A stretch of DNA of 64,000 bases from IMG/VR virus record IMGVR_UViG_3300022876_000002; one strand, 5' to 3'. Below, in pieces: positions 36,240 to 47,227 of this stretch. A program made the translations under genes and the position numbers. The first letter of the stretch is position 1. The number at the start of each line of letters is the position of its first letter. This DNA comes from a virus (Duplodnaviria; Caudoviricetes). The notes below the pieces were generated by a model. The model was given only the letters and a program-made list of their open reading frames with translations, did not search any database and had not been told where the DNA came from.

Positions 36240-37523
36240 TTATTCCTTGCCGAAGCCCAGGTGAGCAGCAACGGCGTCCAGGGTGGCGCCAGCGACGTTG
36301 ACAGTGTCACGCTCGCCAACAGCGGTCAGCTTGGCAGCCAGGGCGAAGACAGCCTTAACGATGGCCACTTTACCGTTGACTTCCGAGGACTTGTCGCCGT
36401 CAGCAGCTTTGACGTTGTTCAGCTTGCCGATGATCTGGTCGCGGGTGGTGTTGGTGAACTGGCCTTTCAGCTTGTTCTCGCGGATCGCGGCGATCTTGGC
36501 CTTGACGCTGTCCAGAGCGGAGATCAGGCCAGACTTGTCAGCCTTGGCAGCAACTTCGCCCGAGGACAGTTTCTTGGCTTCTGGAGCTTTGCCAACAGAC
36601 AGGGAAACCGAACGGATGGCCGAAGCGGCGTCGTTCAGGGATTCCATGGTAGGCTCGCTGAAGGAAGCGACCAGACGAACACCGGCCGACTGCGAGACCA
36701 GCAGGTCTTTGGAACCTTGCTTCTTGGCGTTGTACTTGCCGAAGGCAGTGGCGTCGGCTTTCAGGCCGGATACCAGGGTGCCGTAGGCAGACTTCACGCC
36801 GCCCAGCTCGATGCCATCAACTTTGCCAGCTTCTGCTACCAGAGCAGCGATACCGGCGTCGGTACCGGCGGTGGTGCCTTTGTTGCGCTTGGAGACGCCA
36901 CCCAGACCAGCCGAGGCGTAGTCGATGTAGACGTTCCAGCCGCCCAGCTTGATTTTCTTCTTGATGGCAGCGCCATCGTTGATGCGCTTGCGCAGTTGCT
37001 CGGCGCGACGCTGCAGACCATCAGCCTTCGAAACGATGGAGACGAAGAAGTTGATGATGGTGTTGAAGATGTGCTTGATGAAGTTGACGGCTTTGGTACC
37101 CCAGTTCTTCAGGGTTTCGCCGATAGCTTCGATACCAGCACGGGCCATCAGGTTGGCGTTGGCGATGTCGCCCATCGATTCGGCGCCGACACGCTCACCG
37201 GTGAACTCGCAACCCAGCTTGGCGGCAGTGCGCAGAGCACGGTTGTAGGTGTTGGTGAAGCTGATCGAGTTGAAGTTGCCGGAGTTCAGCATCGACTCCA
37301 TGCCTTCTACAGCTTCTTCCAGCTCTTCAACCGCTTCTTCGGTGGCTTCGACGTGGTCGGCCAGCTTTTCGATTTCAGCGGTTTGCTCTTCGATGACCGC
37401 GGTCAGTTCGGCGATCTCGGTCGCTACTTGCGCCTCGGCCACGTCACCGACGACTTCGGAGTGCTGGCCTTCTTCGTTCAGGCCCAGTTCTTCGGCGCCC
37501 ATGTAATTCAGGAGAGGATCCAT
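36240..37523 (-). CDS. Abundant inner-body/head protein (phiKZ gp93-family)
   Basis: 427 aa; acidic coiled-coil propeptide; GME, GAE, GIE|AIGETLKNWGTKAVNFIKHIFNTIINFF; capsid-like codon bias. Confidence 0.75.
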   Translation of the reverse strand: MDPLLNYMGAEELGLNEEGQHSEVVGDVAEAQVATEIAELTAVIEEQTAEIEKLADHVEATEEAVEELEEAVEGMESMLNSGNFNSISFTNTYNRALRTAAKLGCEFTGERVGAESMGDIANANLMARAGIEAIGETLKNWGTKAVNFIKHIFNTIINFFVSIVSKADGLQRRAEQLRKRINDGAAIKKKIKLGGWNVYIDYASAGLGGVSKRNKGTTAGTDAGIAALVAEAGKVDGIELGGVKSAYGTLVSGLKADATAFGKYNAKKQGSKDLLVSQSAGVRLVASFSEPTMESLNDAASAIRSVSLSVGKAPEAKKLSSGEVAAKADKSGLISALDSVKAKIAAIRENKLKGQFTNTTRDQIIGKLNNVKAADGDKSSEVNGKVAIVKAVFALAAKLTAVGERDTVNVAGATLDAVAAHLGFGKE

Positions 37524-37571
37524 GTTGTTACCCTTTTTCGTTAACGAAGGAAAAGTGTGTTTGGAAACGTT

Positions 37572-38576
37572 TCACACAAAGACACCCAGCACACCATGAA
37601 TGTACCGGTCAGTATAGCTGATCACCCGAGGAGTGAATCCGCTATAAAATGCGAGAGCATCTGAATCACCACCTAATAAACGTTCAACGTCTTTCAGGGC
37701 GCTCTTACTTACCTTGTCCAAATTACCTAAGCTAGGCTCTACGGCTTTCACCATGTCGCCCCAGGATTTGATGAAACCCAGATAACTTTCAAAGTTCGCT
37801 TTAAAGCGTTTGTGCATACCATTGACTTTATCGAGTCTAACGAGCAAAGAGCTTACATCAGACTTCGACATTTCAACAGTCGCTGGTGACCCAGCTGTAG
37901 TGTCCCCGTTCATAAGATATTTAGTATTCGATTCATCGAACACCATTACCTTACCGCCAGGCAGCTTATCGGAGCTGTACTCACTACCACTGTGGTGGCT
38001 AAAGTTAAGCACCGGGTACTTCAAGGCGTTGTGTTTATCTATGATCTCGTACAGGTCTTCGGTGGTATGTGCATTACGCAACCCACGCAGTACGCCCATA
38101 CGTGCATCCAAATGGTCCAGGACTGCCTTGGCGTGCTTGTCCACTAACTCCAGGGTATGGAGCAGTGTGTCCAGGTCTTTACTTATGTCCTCGTGGTCGC
38201 CGCCACTAGTGATAAGGTTGAGCTTATCCTTAGTGATCTTGACCTCATGAGCATCAGACCGTGAGAACTGTTGGAGGACCTTGCGGATCAACACATCGTT
38301 ATCAGCGAAAGCCTTAGACAACAAGTTACCAGCTCCACCTAGTACGTTGGCAAAGGCACTAACGGTTTTACCGCCTACCCAACCAACAGTAGTAAGTAGA
38401 CCACCACCCAAACTACCCATGCCATTTACCAGGGTCCCCAATACTTCTGTCAGAGCCTCATTACCGGTTACTGCTTCGTGGACAGCCACGTGTAGCTTTT
38501 GCAGACCGTTATTGAACTCTAGCAGCTCCAAATGGGTTTCCATGCCCTGGATGTAAAGTTGCTTTAACTCACTCAT
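37572..38576 (-). CDS. Internal head protein
   Basis: 334 aa; GME, GNE|ALTEVLG, then a Gly-rich hydrophobic stretch. Confidence 0.65.
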   Translation of the reverse strand: MSELKQLYIQGMETHLELLEFNNGLQKLHVAVHEAVTGNEALTEVLGTLVNGMGSLGGGLLTTVGWVGGKTVSAFANVLGGAGNLLSKAFADNDVLIRKVLQQFSRSDAHEVKITKDKLNLITSGGDHEDISKDLDTLLHTLELVDKHAKAVLDHLDARMGVLRGLRNAHTTEDLYEIIDKHNALKYPVLNFSHHSGSEYSSDKLPGGKVMVFDESNTKYLMNGDTTAGSPATVEMSKSDVSSLLVRLDKVNGMHKRFKANFESYLGFIKSWGDMVKAVEPSLGNLDKVSKSALKDVERLLGGDSDALAFYSGFTPRVISYTDRYIHGVLGVFV

Positions 38577-38584
38577 GTAACCTC

Positions 38585-39892
38585 CTAGTCGGAAAGGTTA
38601 GCGGTGATGGAAGTGTTGCAGATTTCGATGAGTCCGTTGAACACCAGGACCAGGTAGTTGTTTACCGCCGCACGGTTAGTGAGCAGGTCTACTTGGTTCT
38701 TACGTACCAGCGAGGCAAATGCGGTCTGTACCTTGTCTTTCATTTCGTCAGACATCGGCGACTCGTAGATACCCCGCATGACGTCGTTGAACTCCGAGTC
38801 ATCCACTTTGTAGCGGTCGATCAGGTCAGCAGCTTTACGCCAGCTAGCCAAAGTACCGCGCAGGGATTTGACCAGACTGCGAATAGTGTCACTCGACAGG
38901 GTCTTGATCTCGGTGCCGATTTTCGGGTATTCAACTGGAGAACTGTTGAAGAACTCCACGCCATCCAGGTCGATCAATGCATGGACGTAGCCCACCACCT
39001 GTTCCACGTTAGTGGGGTTGGTGTTCTTACGCTCATTACGCTTGTCCAAGAAGTAAGCACCACCCATCAACTCGACGGACTGCTTAGCCACCACGTTACC
39101 AGTGGTGAACTCCTTATTGGGATACGAGCACTCTTTGAAGCGATTCGACGGCACAGCTTTAGGCAGCAAGAGGAAACGCTGCACAGCCTGGTCATCGTTG
39201 TCGTCAGCAAAGCCACCGAAATAGCGCACAGTGTTGTTCAACGCCGTGTTGCTAGCCAGGTAGTAGTTGTTGCTCAGCGCATTGATAGTCGCATTCAGCT
39301 TGGTGACACTACCGATCCAGTCCTCGTTTACCTTACCGCCAATCTTGAACAGATTGAACAGACGGGTACCCAGGAGGATGGTGTCAGTACCAGCCTTGAA
39401 CGTACCGGCGGACTCGACGTCTTTTTCCAGCAGGTCCAGCAAAGCATTCAGGGAGTCTACCGACTGAGTAAACAGCAGGTAAGACTCCTGGAAGCCAATA
39501 CTGATGTGCGCAGTGATTTCCTTAGCCTTACGGTAGAAGTCACCCAGGAACGATTCACAGCCCTGTATACGTGTTTTACGGAATACCGCTGGCGACAGAC
39601 TGCGACCGAGGCATTCGAAGCCCTGGACGTCTCCCAGATCGTCTGCGGGGATGTCTACATCGGACCGGGTAAGCTGGTTGTCGATTTGCTTGGCCAGGGT
39701 AAGGTTAATACCGTGGTCATTCAACGACACCAATACCTTCTTGGCTACTGTTACTCGGTCTTTGTCCCCATCCAGCTTTTCTTGCAGCTGCTGGAGTTGG
39801 GCAGTGTCCTTGGCTTTCTCTACTAACTCAGCAGATTTAACCGTGGAGATCACCGCCATTTCAGCAGCTAGTTGCAGATCACTGTTCGACAT
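38585..39892 (-). CDS. Internal head protein (phiKZ gp92-like)
   Basis: 435 aa; GFE and GCE|SFLGDF sites. Confidence 0.65.
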   Translation of the reverse strand: MSNSDLQLAAEMAVISTVKSAELVEKAKDTAQLQQLQEKLDGDKDRVTVAKKVLVSLNDHGINLTLAKQIDNQLTRSDVDIPADDLGDVQGFECLGRSLSPAVFRKTRIQGCESFLGDFYRKAKEITAHISIGFQESYLLFTQSVDSLNALLDLLEKDVESAGTFKAGTDTILLGTRLFNLFKIGGKVNEDWIGSVTKLNATINALSNNYYLASNTALNNTVRYFGGFADDNDDQAVQRFLLLPKAVPSNRFKECSYPNKEFTTGNVVAKQSVELMGGAYFLDKRNERKNTNPTNVEQVVGYVHALIDLDGVEFFNSSPVEYPKIGTEIKTLSSDTIRSLVKSLRGTLASWRKAADLIDRYKVDDSEFNDVMRGIYESPMSDEMKDKVQTAFASLVRKNQVDLLTNRAAVNNYLVLVFNGLIEICNTSITANLSD

Positions 39893-40391
39893 AGTAGGTA
39901 CCTCCGCCCAAGAGCAGGAAGATCCTGGCTACTTCCAAGGTACCGACACCTGCCATCAAGCGGTAGAGATCGAAGTGGTATAGCTGCAGGCCTTGCTTGA
40001 TCAGTGGGTCAATCGAGCTGCCGCCGTGACTGGTGGTAACGTAAACAGCATCGTGGTAATGGTTGGCATTACGCAGCCGTTCTTCGTGCATGGTGATCGC
40101 TGTACGCAGAGACATGTGCCCGATCTTACCGTTGAGGTAGTTCAAGATATCCCGCACCAGGCTAGACAGCGGACCTTCAGCGTTAACACGCATCCAGTCA
40201 GCAAAGTCATCACCAGTCAGACGACGTACCGCGCGAATAACTTCGATCGCAGTGTAGCCTTTCAGCAGCACGTTGAAATCGACGTAAGCGTCACGACGCA
40301 AGGCCACGAAATTACGGAAGAGACCTGTGGCTTCCGCATCTGTAACCTGGTCGTTGAAGAACCCGTTGGTTCCCATACGGAAGCTGGTCAT
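39879..40391 (-). CDS. Small head protein (phiKZ gp91-like)
   Basis: 170 aa; overlaps both neighbours; synteny. Confidence 0.6.
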   Translation of the reverse strand: MTSFRMGTNGFFNDQVTDAEATGLFRNFVALRRDAYVDFNVLLKGYTAIEVIRAVRRLTGDDFADWMRVNAEGPLSSLVRDILNYLNGKIGHMSLRTAITMHEERLRNANHYHDAVYVTTSHGGSSIDPLIKQGLQLYHFDLYRLMAGVGTLEVARIFLLLGGGTYYVEQ

Positions 40392-41278
40392 CAGTCGTAA
40401 CTCCGGATGATTTGCTCGATGGCGTGTTCGTTCTTGATGATTTTCTCTTGATAGATCTCAATGGTGCGATCGATCTGAGGATCATTGGTGCCATCACGCC
40501 GGTTGATAGCCTGGGAGATTTTCATGGCGTGCTGTTGGTTCTTAGCACGCATGTTGTCGATCCGAGCCAGGTTGATGTTTTTCATACCCAGGCCGATCCA
40601 GAACAGTGGGTTCAGGTTGTGGATACCAAAACCTTTACCGACCATATCGGTGGCACTCTTACCGGTGGTGGACTCGAGCACGTCGATCGACACTTCGGAG
40701 ATCTCTGCGTCTGGAACTTTCTCCAGGGTGGAGATCATCATCTTGCTGCCTTTCAGGAGCTCGACGGTGAAGTGCTTGTAGAACTCCTGGGTACCGTTCA
40801 ACCATTTCTGGTCGTGGCCACTCAGGTACTTGGCTGGGTCTACCTTGTTCAGCTGAATGGTCAGCAGGACATCGAGGATCTTGCTGGTATACTCACCCCA
40901 GAAATAGAAGTGTTCTACCAGGTTGAGGATGTTAGCCTGTTTGAGGGTAACCAGCTTGCCATCCCACACCTTGGTGTTGTAATGACGAACCATTTTCTCA
41001 ACCGCCATCACCCCGATCTTGATAGCCGACAGACCGAACTCCAGGTTGTGCAGGAACGATGCACCACGGAAGCCCTTGTCCTGGGTGTAACGGTGGATAG
41101 CCTTGGTCAGGTACCACTCGTCGGCGATACCGTTGATCACGCCATCCATGTTGTTGGCTTTGAGCTGGTCGATGTTGCCGAGCAGATCGTTTACGCTTAC
41201 GCTGATAGCGGCCAGCAGACCGTACAGTTCCGACTCGGTGAAGGTTTTCACCTTACCAGTGTAAGACAGAATATCCAT
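40391..41278 (-). CDS. Inner-body protein (phiKZ gp90-like)
   Basis: 295 aa; strong codon bias; GFGIHNLNPLFWIG motif then a coiled-coil tail. Confidence 0.65.
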   Translation of the reverse strand: MDILSYTGKVKTFTESELYGLLAAISVSVNDLLGNIDQLKANNMDGVINGIADEWYLTKAIHRYTQDKGFRGASFLHNLEFGLSAIKIGVMAVEKMVRHYNTKVWDGKLVTLKQANILNLVEHFYFWGEYTSKILDVLLTIQLNKVDPAKYLSGHDQKWLNGTQEFYKHFTVELLKGSKMMISTLEKVPDAEISEVSIDVLESTTGKSATDMVGKGFGIHNLNPLFWIGLGMKNINLARIDNMRAKNQQHAMKISQAINRRDGTNDPQIDRTIEIYQEKIIKNEHAIEQIIRSYD

Positions 41279-42387
41279 TACATACCCCCGTTCAGCAGCT
41301 TGACGAGATCAGCGAAGCTGCTCGAGCCCATATCTTTTTTGCTCTTCAGCGCGATGTCCTTACGGGTGTAAACCTCAGGACGCGACTGACCGTGCGTGTA
41401 GAAAGTGAAAATGCCGCGGTCTTCGTTGCACACCACGATGGTGTTGGCTTTGACAGCCTTGAAGATTTCATTACGCGAGTTCGCATCGGAGAACCGGCGA
41501 CCAATGGACAGTTCCAGTTGGTTGGCAGTGTCCTGCGAGAAAATGAACGAGTTGGCCAACGAGTTAACCGAGATCACACCGGTACGCACGGCTTCCATAC
41601 GGTTGCCTGCTTCGTTTTTCATGGCCTCGCGGTAATACCCGGACATGTCCTCGTTCTTGATCTTGAAGCGCTCTTTGATAATGTCCTTACCAGAGAGCAG
41701 ATCAGGAATGGTGATTTCCTTGGTTTCTACCATGGTGAAGCGACCCCAGAAGGAATCGTCATTTTTGGCAGAGGAGAAAATACGAGTCAGGTCACTGGAG
41801 TTCACCGGTACCGGGATCTGACGGAAGGTCAGTGGGAACTCGATGTCCTTACCACTAGCGGTAGGCAGGGTAGCGATTACTGTACGACCAACAGCCAGCG
41901 GAGTGTACTCACTCAGGTCGGGCATGTTCTTACCGTTGACCGAGATAGTAGGAACGAAGTTTTTCTCTTCCTCTTCCTTCTGCTCTTTGGTCTTGATATT
42001 TTTGTCGTACGCTTCGATACCGGCCAATGCCATGAGACCAGCGCGCTTAGGGTTTACCGAACCGATGAGGTTGGAAACCTTGACGCCCATGGCTACCGAA
42101 GACTCCAGCGACAGGTGGGTCAGGGTAGCGACGATGTCGCGCAGGTTAACGATCTGGATGAGATCGTTCATGTATTCTTGGTGGATGCTAGCGGCCTCAA
42201 TTACCACCATAGGGGCGATAATTGCACGGTTTGCGCTCTCGTGTACCGAGCGCGTACTTACCACATTGTATGCTTGTCTGGCTTGACCAGTAGCCTCTAC
42301 TACGGCCCCGATATCTTTGTTGTCGGGGTAGATTCTGGAAGCCAGGCCCAGAAACATCGATCCCAGGTTCAACGCTGCGGAGATCAT
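41278..42387 (-). CDS. Inner-body protein (phiKZ gp89-like)
   Basis: 369 aa; AGIE|AYD site; synteny. Confidence 0.65.
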   Translation of the reverse strand: MISAALNLGSMFLGLASRIYPDNKDIGAVVEATGQARQAYNVVSTRSVHESANRAIIAPMVVIEAASIHQEYMNDLIQIVNLRDIVATLTHLSLESSVAMGVKVSNLIGSVNPKRAGLMALAGIEAYDKNIKTKEQKEEEEKNFVPTISVNGKNMPDLSEYTPLAVGRTVIATLPTASGKDIEFPLTFRQIPVPVNSSDLTRIFSSAKNDDSFWGRFTMVETKEITIPDLLSGKDIIKERFKIKNEDMSGYYREAMKNEAGNRMEAVRTGVISVNSLANSFIFSQDTANQLELSIGRRFSDANSRNEIFKAVKANTIVVCNEDRGIFTFYTHGQSRPEVYTRKDIALKSKKDMGSSSFADLVKLLNGGM

Positions 42388-42419
42388 TGGGTTTACCTCT
42401 ATTTTTAAGAGAATCGTTT

Positions 42420-43487
42420 ATGGCAGATAATCCAACGAGTGGTTGGTTTGACGGAACACCAGGTAACGCAAAACCTGCCAGTAATTTAACTCCACAGTCT
42501 TTCGAAGACTACATGGACTTTGCACTGCGAGAGAACGGAGGGCCTGGTTATCGGTCAGTCCTCGTTAACTTGTTGCGCGGAGCTAGGATTTTGGGCCCTG
42601 GGAACCAACAGGCCCCCATCCCCGACGACACCATAGGATTAGTCTTCATGAACCGTCCGTGCTTGAATTTATCGGACAGTAACATCGAAGAACACCCGCA
42701 ATTACTGTCTTATATCAGCCCGCCACAAAACAGTCTCAACTCGTACATTAAAGGCTTGTTGGATCCTAACTGGGCTAAGGGCAACAGTGGTCTGGTGGAG
42801 TGGCTTGATCCACTTTATCCATGGATCGCTCCAGTTAGTAATTTGGTTAAAGTGTGCAGTGGCTTCCCAGACGTTAGTCTTAACGTAGCTCGTAGCACGC
42901 CAGGTATTCGTAAAGAGGTCTACCAATACGTCGACGGCATCTTAGCTGTCAACGGTGACTTCGATATGTCGTTGTCGTTCTATCCATTAAAGCATAACCT
43001 ACTGGCTACTATCTTCGATGTGTGGAACCACTACATTGATGGTGTGTCTACAGGTGACACTGGGATGGAGCCTTACTCGGAAGCACTGATTCAGAACTAC
43101 CGAGATTACGACTGTACTATCTTTACCGTTATCATGAATAAAAACATGCGTAACGTTGAAGGCATTTATAACAACTTCTATTGCTGGCCCAACACTTTCC
43201 CGAGTGGGGCATTCAGTGCGGTAGACCGTACCCAAGACACCTTGCGTGGCCAGGGGCAGGACGAACTCGAGATCCGGTTCCCTAGTGTTGGGTTCCGGTA
43301 TAACAACCTTAAAGTAGTGGACCGGTTCAACCGTATTACTCTGGCGTTCAATCCTAACATGCGTCCCGACCTGCGGGAGCAGAACTACAAGAAGTTAGAT
43401 GTGGCCGAGTACTTTGCGGGCGGTTACCATGCCTATCCATGGATCAACCCACTGAACATGGAAATGGAATACTGGAGCGCTAAATAA
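42420..43487 (+). CDS. Virion structural protein, tube/baseplate-related (phiKZ gp88-like)
   Basis: 355 aa from ATG 42420; VFMNRPCLNLS motif; TAATG overlap with the next gene. Confidence 0.6.
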   Translation: MADNPTSGWFDGTPGNAKPASNLTPQSFEDYMDFALRENGGPGYRSVLVNLLRGARILGPGNQQAPIPDDTIGLVFMNRPCLNLSDSNIEEHPQLLSYISPPQNSLNSYIKGLLDPNWAKGNSGLVEWLDPLYPWIAPVSNLVKVCSGFPDVSLNVARSTPGIRKEVYQYVDGILAVNGDFDMSLSFYPLKHNLLATIFDVWNHYIDGVSTGDTGMEPYSEALIQNYRDYDCTIFTVIMNKNMRNVEGIYNNFYCWPNTFPSGAFSAVDRTQDTLRGQGQDELEIRFPSVGFRYNNLKVVDRFNRITLAFNPNMRPDLREQNYKKLDVAEYFAGGYHAYPWINPLNMEMEYWSAK

Positions 43488-46423
43488 TGCCGATCACCCA
43501 AGACCAGTTAACCGCGTTAGCGGATAACCCCGAACGTGGTATTGACATCCTGATCAACGATGTCGAGAACAACTTCTTTAACAAGCGTGTCCAGCTGAAC
43601 AGCAAGACCCACCCGGCTATTCTGGCATACGACTTGATCCTCGGTACCACCCACGGTGTGCTGAACCGTATCGACGATTCGATCAGCAAGTCTTTCCCCG
43701 ACCATGCGCGGAATATCTCCGAGCTGGCCAAGCACATGGGTGACGAGGAAAAGATTGGCTTGTTTGGTATGCCTAGTAGTTGCACACTGTTACTGGGTAT
43801 CCAGATTGATGCCTTTAATAAGCTAGCAAAAGAAGAAACCGTAACGGTAGGGAAAATCACCAACAAGTACCGCGTGCTGTTGTTCCCGAAAGACACCGAG
43901 GTTTACTTCAACGGTATTCCTTTTGCTATCGAGAACGGTATCGAGATTCGTTTCCGTGACTCGTCAGGCTACCAGGTGGTTTACGACGAGAAGGTCCCTA
44001 ACCCACAAGCGCCTGTTCAACAGAACATCTTGCAGCGGGATTTCAAGACCGAGAACGGTGTTAACTTCCTGACTATCCAAGTGCCTGCTCGTCAGTTGGC
44101 TTGTAACCCAACTGAAGGTCTGACCTCCAACGCCTCGTCTGGTTGCCGTGGGCAGATCACCTACTCCGATAACTTGTATAACGTACGTGCGTTTATCCAA
44201 CGTGCCAACAGTAACGTTAAGCAAGAGATCAAGGTGGTGTTCGACCAAGACGTGTTCGACCAGAACAGCATCACGCTGGCGCTGAACATCGACACTACTA
44301 ATAAGACCTTCAACTACGAGATCCCGGACGTTTACATCCAGGATGGCAGTGGTGTTGGTACTATCAGTATTTACACTTACACCACGCTGGGGGAACTGAA
44401 CAAAGACTACCGCTCGATCCCATTGAAGGAAGTCAAGGTTAACTACCAAGACTACCGTTATGGTGCTGGTCGTCTGGGTGAGTACTCGGAAGGTATCCGT
44501 AACTCTGGTGCAATTGCCTGGGGTGCAATGACTCCTACCCGCGGTGGTACTACCCCTCCTCCATTCCTGGAGATCAAGCGTAGTTTCCTGTTGGGTCGTC
44601 GCCTGCGTACGTTGCCGATCACCAACAACAACCTGGAAGGTACCGTAGAAGCTTCTGGCTACAACTCGGTTAAAGTGATCGACTACCTCACTGGTCGTCA
44701 GTACTCGATTACTAAAGAGTTGCCTATCCAGGAGAACAAGAGTTTCTACAGTGCCATGTCTTGCTTTGTTGGTAGCCACTTGGCTTCGGCTAACCAACTG
44801 GTAAACAGCGGTGTGGTACTGGACAACGGTAAACGTATCACCATTCCACACAACGTGCTATTTGACGTGACCGACTACACTACACAGTTGGTAACCAGTG
44901 TGGTCAAGAACCGTTACCTGGGCCTTACCAATGAAGAACTGGTAGAGCTCATTGCTAACCGTACGTTGGTGTACACCCCGTTCTACTACGTGATGGACCT
45001 TACCAACAACCAAGCAGTGCTGCGTACTTACCACCTGGATGAACCAAAGCTTAACTACCAGACCTTTGTGTCTGAGAACGAAGCATTGGGTATCGAGGTC
45101 GGTGTAGGTTCTATTGATATCGAACACCAGGATGATGGCTACCTCATTACCCTGGTTACTCAGTCCAGTCAGTCGTACAAACAACTGGAGAACGACTCGG
45201 TCGGAATCCAGCTGTGCACGAACATCACTGACTCGATCTCGTTGGCTAGTGTGCGCGGTACATTCTTCGGGTTGAATGAGAACGACGAACGTATTTGGCA
45301 ATTCAAGCTGGATACCAACTACGACGTTGATGTTAACGACGTAATCTATTTCACCAACCTGTGGATGTTTGGTCAGAAGCAGTACAGTGTAGGTACTCCA
45401 CTGGATCTGAACATGTCGTTCATTTTCACAATGGATGGTGACCCTGCTAGTACTGACACGCCTAGCGACCGGAAAATCGAACAGCCAATGTTTGAAGACC
45501 TGCAGCTGGCTATCATTGAGACCTCCTACTCGGTAACCCTGGGTAAACGTTTGGGTAACCTATACAGCCGTATCCGGCCACTGGTTGGGGAGGGTCAGTA
45601 CAAACGCTATGAGACCGATATCCCACAGCGTTATGAAGTCGATGAGCTTAAGCGTGACCCAGAAACTGGTAACTTGGTGTTTGACTCCCAGGGCAAAGTG
45701 ATTATCCTGCATCGTGCAGGTGACATCGAATACGCCCCTAACGGACAGCCACGTCTGAAGTACCTGAAGAACGATATCGTCATGGACGAGAACGGTAACC
45801 CAGTTCCACTGGCTCCTCGTGATCTCCTATACCACTTCGACTTCATTGGTTTCGATGGTGCTTACTACTTCAGTCGTGATGATTACGACAAGGAGTTCGC
45901 CCAAGAGACCAAGGACCACTTCATCAACGTCATTAACGTCGACATGCAGTATTTCGACACACTGATGTTGGACCGCACCGGTCTGTTCTATCAACCACGT
46001 AGCAAGATCGGATCGCAGGAGGTCGTTGTTAACAGCAACTACCAGATGGCGCTCAAACAAGACCTTAGCTTCGTGTTGGTGTACTACCTCTCGGAGACTG
46101 GCTACAAGAACCAGAACCTCAAAGAGTCCTTACTGGCTGCAAGCCCACGCTTGATCAACCAGACGCTCGCTGGGGCTACTCAGATCTCGACTGCCGAGCT
46201 TACTACTATTCTGTTGGCGGATGCGCCAGAAGACGTACGTGGTCTCAAACTGTCGGCACTGGCTGGAGACTCCACGATTGACATCATCAGTAACGAAGAC
46301 GCGCTTACCGGTTTCGGTGTGCGTAAAGTCTTGCGTCTTACTAGTGACCAGTTGATCTCGGTACAAGAAGCGGTAGATGTAACGTTCATGCCTCACGACG
46401 TAAACATGGTAACAATCAAATAG
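43487..46423 (+). CDS. Large virion structural protein, probable baseplate wedge (phiKZ gp87-like)
   Basis: 978 aa; HARNISELAKHMGDEEKIGLFGMPS and YTPFYYVMD motifs; synteny. Confidence 0.65.
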   Translation: MPITQDQLTALADNPERGIDILINDVENNFFNKRVQLNSKTHPAILAYDLILGTTHGVLNRIDDSISKSFPDHARNISELAKHMGDEEKIGLFGMPSSCTLLLGIQIDAFNKLAKEETVTVGKITNKYRVLLFPKDTEVYFNGIPFAIENGIEIRFRDSSGYQVVYDEKVPNPQAPVQQNILQRDFKTENGVNFLTIQVPARQLACNPTEGLTSNASSGCRGQITYSDNLYNVRAFIQRANSNVKQEIKVVFDQDVFDQNSITLALNIDTTNKTFNYEIPDVYIQDGSGVGTISIYTYTTLGELNKDYRSIPLKEVKVNYQDYRYGAGRLGEYSEGIRNSGAIAWGAMTPTRGGTTPPPFLEIKRSFLLGRRLRTLPITNNNLEGTVEASGYNSVKVIDYLTGRQYSITKELPIQENKSFYSAMSCFVGSHLASANQLVNSGVVLDNGKRITIPHNVLFDVTDYTTQLVTSVVKNRYLGLTNEELVELIANRTLVYTPFYYVMDLTNNQAVLRTYHLDEPKLNYQTFVSENEALGIEVGVGSIDIEHQDDGYLITLVTQSSQSYKQLENDSVGIQLCTNITDSISLASVRGTFFGLNENDERIWQFKLDTNYDVDVNDVIYFTNLWMFGQKQYSVGTPLDLNMSFIFTMDGDPASTDTPSDRKIEQPMFEDLQLAIIETSYSVTLGKRLGNLYSRIRPLVGEGQYKRYETDIPQRYEVDELKRDPETGNLVFDSQGKVIILHRAGDIEYAPNGQPRLKYLKNDIVMDENGNPVPLAPRDLLYHFDFIGFDGAYYFSRDDYDKEFAQETKDHFINVINVDMQYFDTLMLDRTGLFYQPRSKIGSQEVVVNSNYQMALKQDLSFVLVYYLSETGYKNQNLKESLLAASPRLINQTLAGATQISTAELTTILLADAPEDVRGLKLSALAGDSTIDIISNEDALTGFGVRKVLRLTSDQLISVQEAVDVTFMPHDVNMVTIK

Positions 46424-46432
46424 CAACCCCTA

Positions 46433-46464
46433 CTACCCCTACTCCCTTGCGGGAGTAGGGGTAG
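46433..46464. terminator. Hairpin at a convergent junction
   Basis: 14-bp stem with a GCAA loop on the minus strand. Confidence 0.7.
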
Positions 46465-46471
46465 GTAAGGA

Positions 46472-47227
46472 TTACATTTCCAACACGATTTCCAGCTTGA
46501 CTACGAGCTCGTTCAAATACTCAGCAAACAGCTGGGTAATGTTAAGCTCTGCCAGGTAACGGTCAGCTTCCCACTTCACACCATGCAGGCTGGTGTAGTC
46601 GTCGGTGTAATGCACGTCCTTGTTGCGACGTTCCAGGAAGCGATTATGAGCTGCTTTGAGATCGGTATCGAACTCAGTCAACATCAGGTAGTCACCGTCT
46701 TCAATACACTGAGAATTGACAATGTAGTCTTTCCAGGTAGGAGTCTCGGCTACTTCTTCAACGCTGAGCTCAAACGAGCAATACTTAACGCCTTCGATGT
46801 AAGTGAGTACGTTTTTACGGAACTCATTCACAGCATCCAGACCGATTGGGTCATTGATGTCAAATTGGTTAAGCTTGGCCAATACCACACCCACGGTGCG
46901 CTCGATATATTCGTGCGCTTCCAGTACGTACTCCACAGCGGGTTTCATATCGCCGAGCAGGTTAGCCACTGCATAAGGCGGCAGCGGTGCGTACATGATG
47001 GTGTTGGAGTTCTCGCGGGGGAAGTTAACTACTAGGCGGGCCAGTAACTTCTTGGCATCGCTAGACTCACCCCAGATGGTCTTGATAATGGTGCGAGCAA
47101 TGGACATGCTTACACCACGGCCTAACTCTTCTTTGATCATGCCCATTGATTCTTGAGCTTCACGAATACGAGTGTCGGCAATACCTTTCTTGGTACTCAA
47201 GGTATCCCAGATCATGCTTTTCTCCAT
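46472..47227 (-). CDS. Hypothetical protein
   Basis: 251 aa, overlaps the upstream gene. Confidence 0.65.
   Translation of the reverse strand: MEKSMIWDTLSTKKGIADTRIREAQESMGMIKEELGRGVSMSIARTIIKTIWGESSDAKKLLARLVVNFPRENSNTIMYAPLPPYAVANLLGDMKPAVEYVLEAHEYIERTVGVVLAKLNQFDINDPIGLDAVNEFRKNVLTYIEGVKYCSFELSVEEVAETPTWKDYIVNSQCIEDGDYLMLTEFDTDLKAAHNRFLERRNKDVHYTDDYTSLHGVKWEADRYLAELNITQLFAEYLNELVVKLEIVLEM

Noticed and set aside
36261-37544. 427-aa plus-strand ORF mirroring the inner-body gene
   Set aside because: Same antisense codon-bias artefact.
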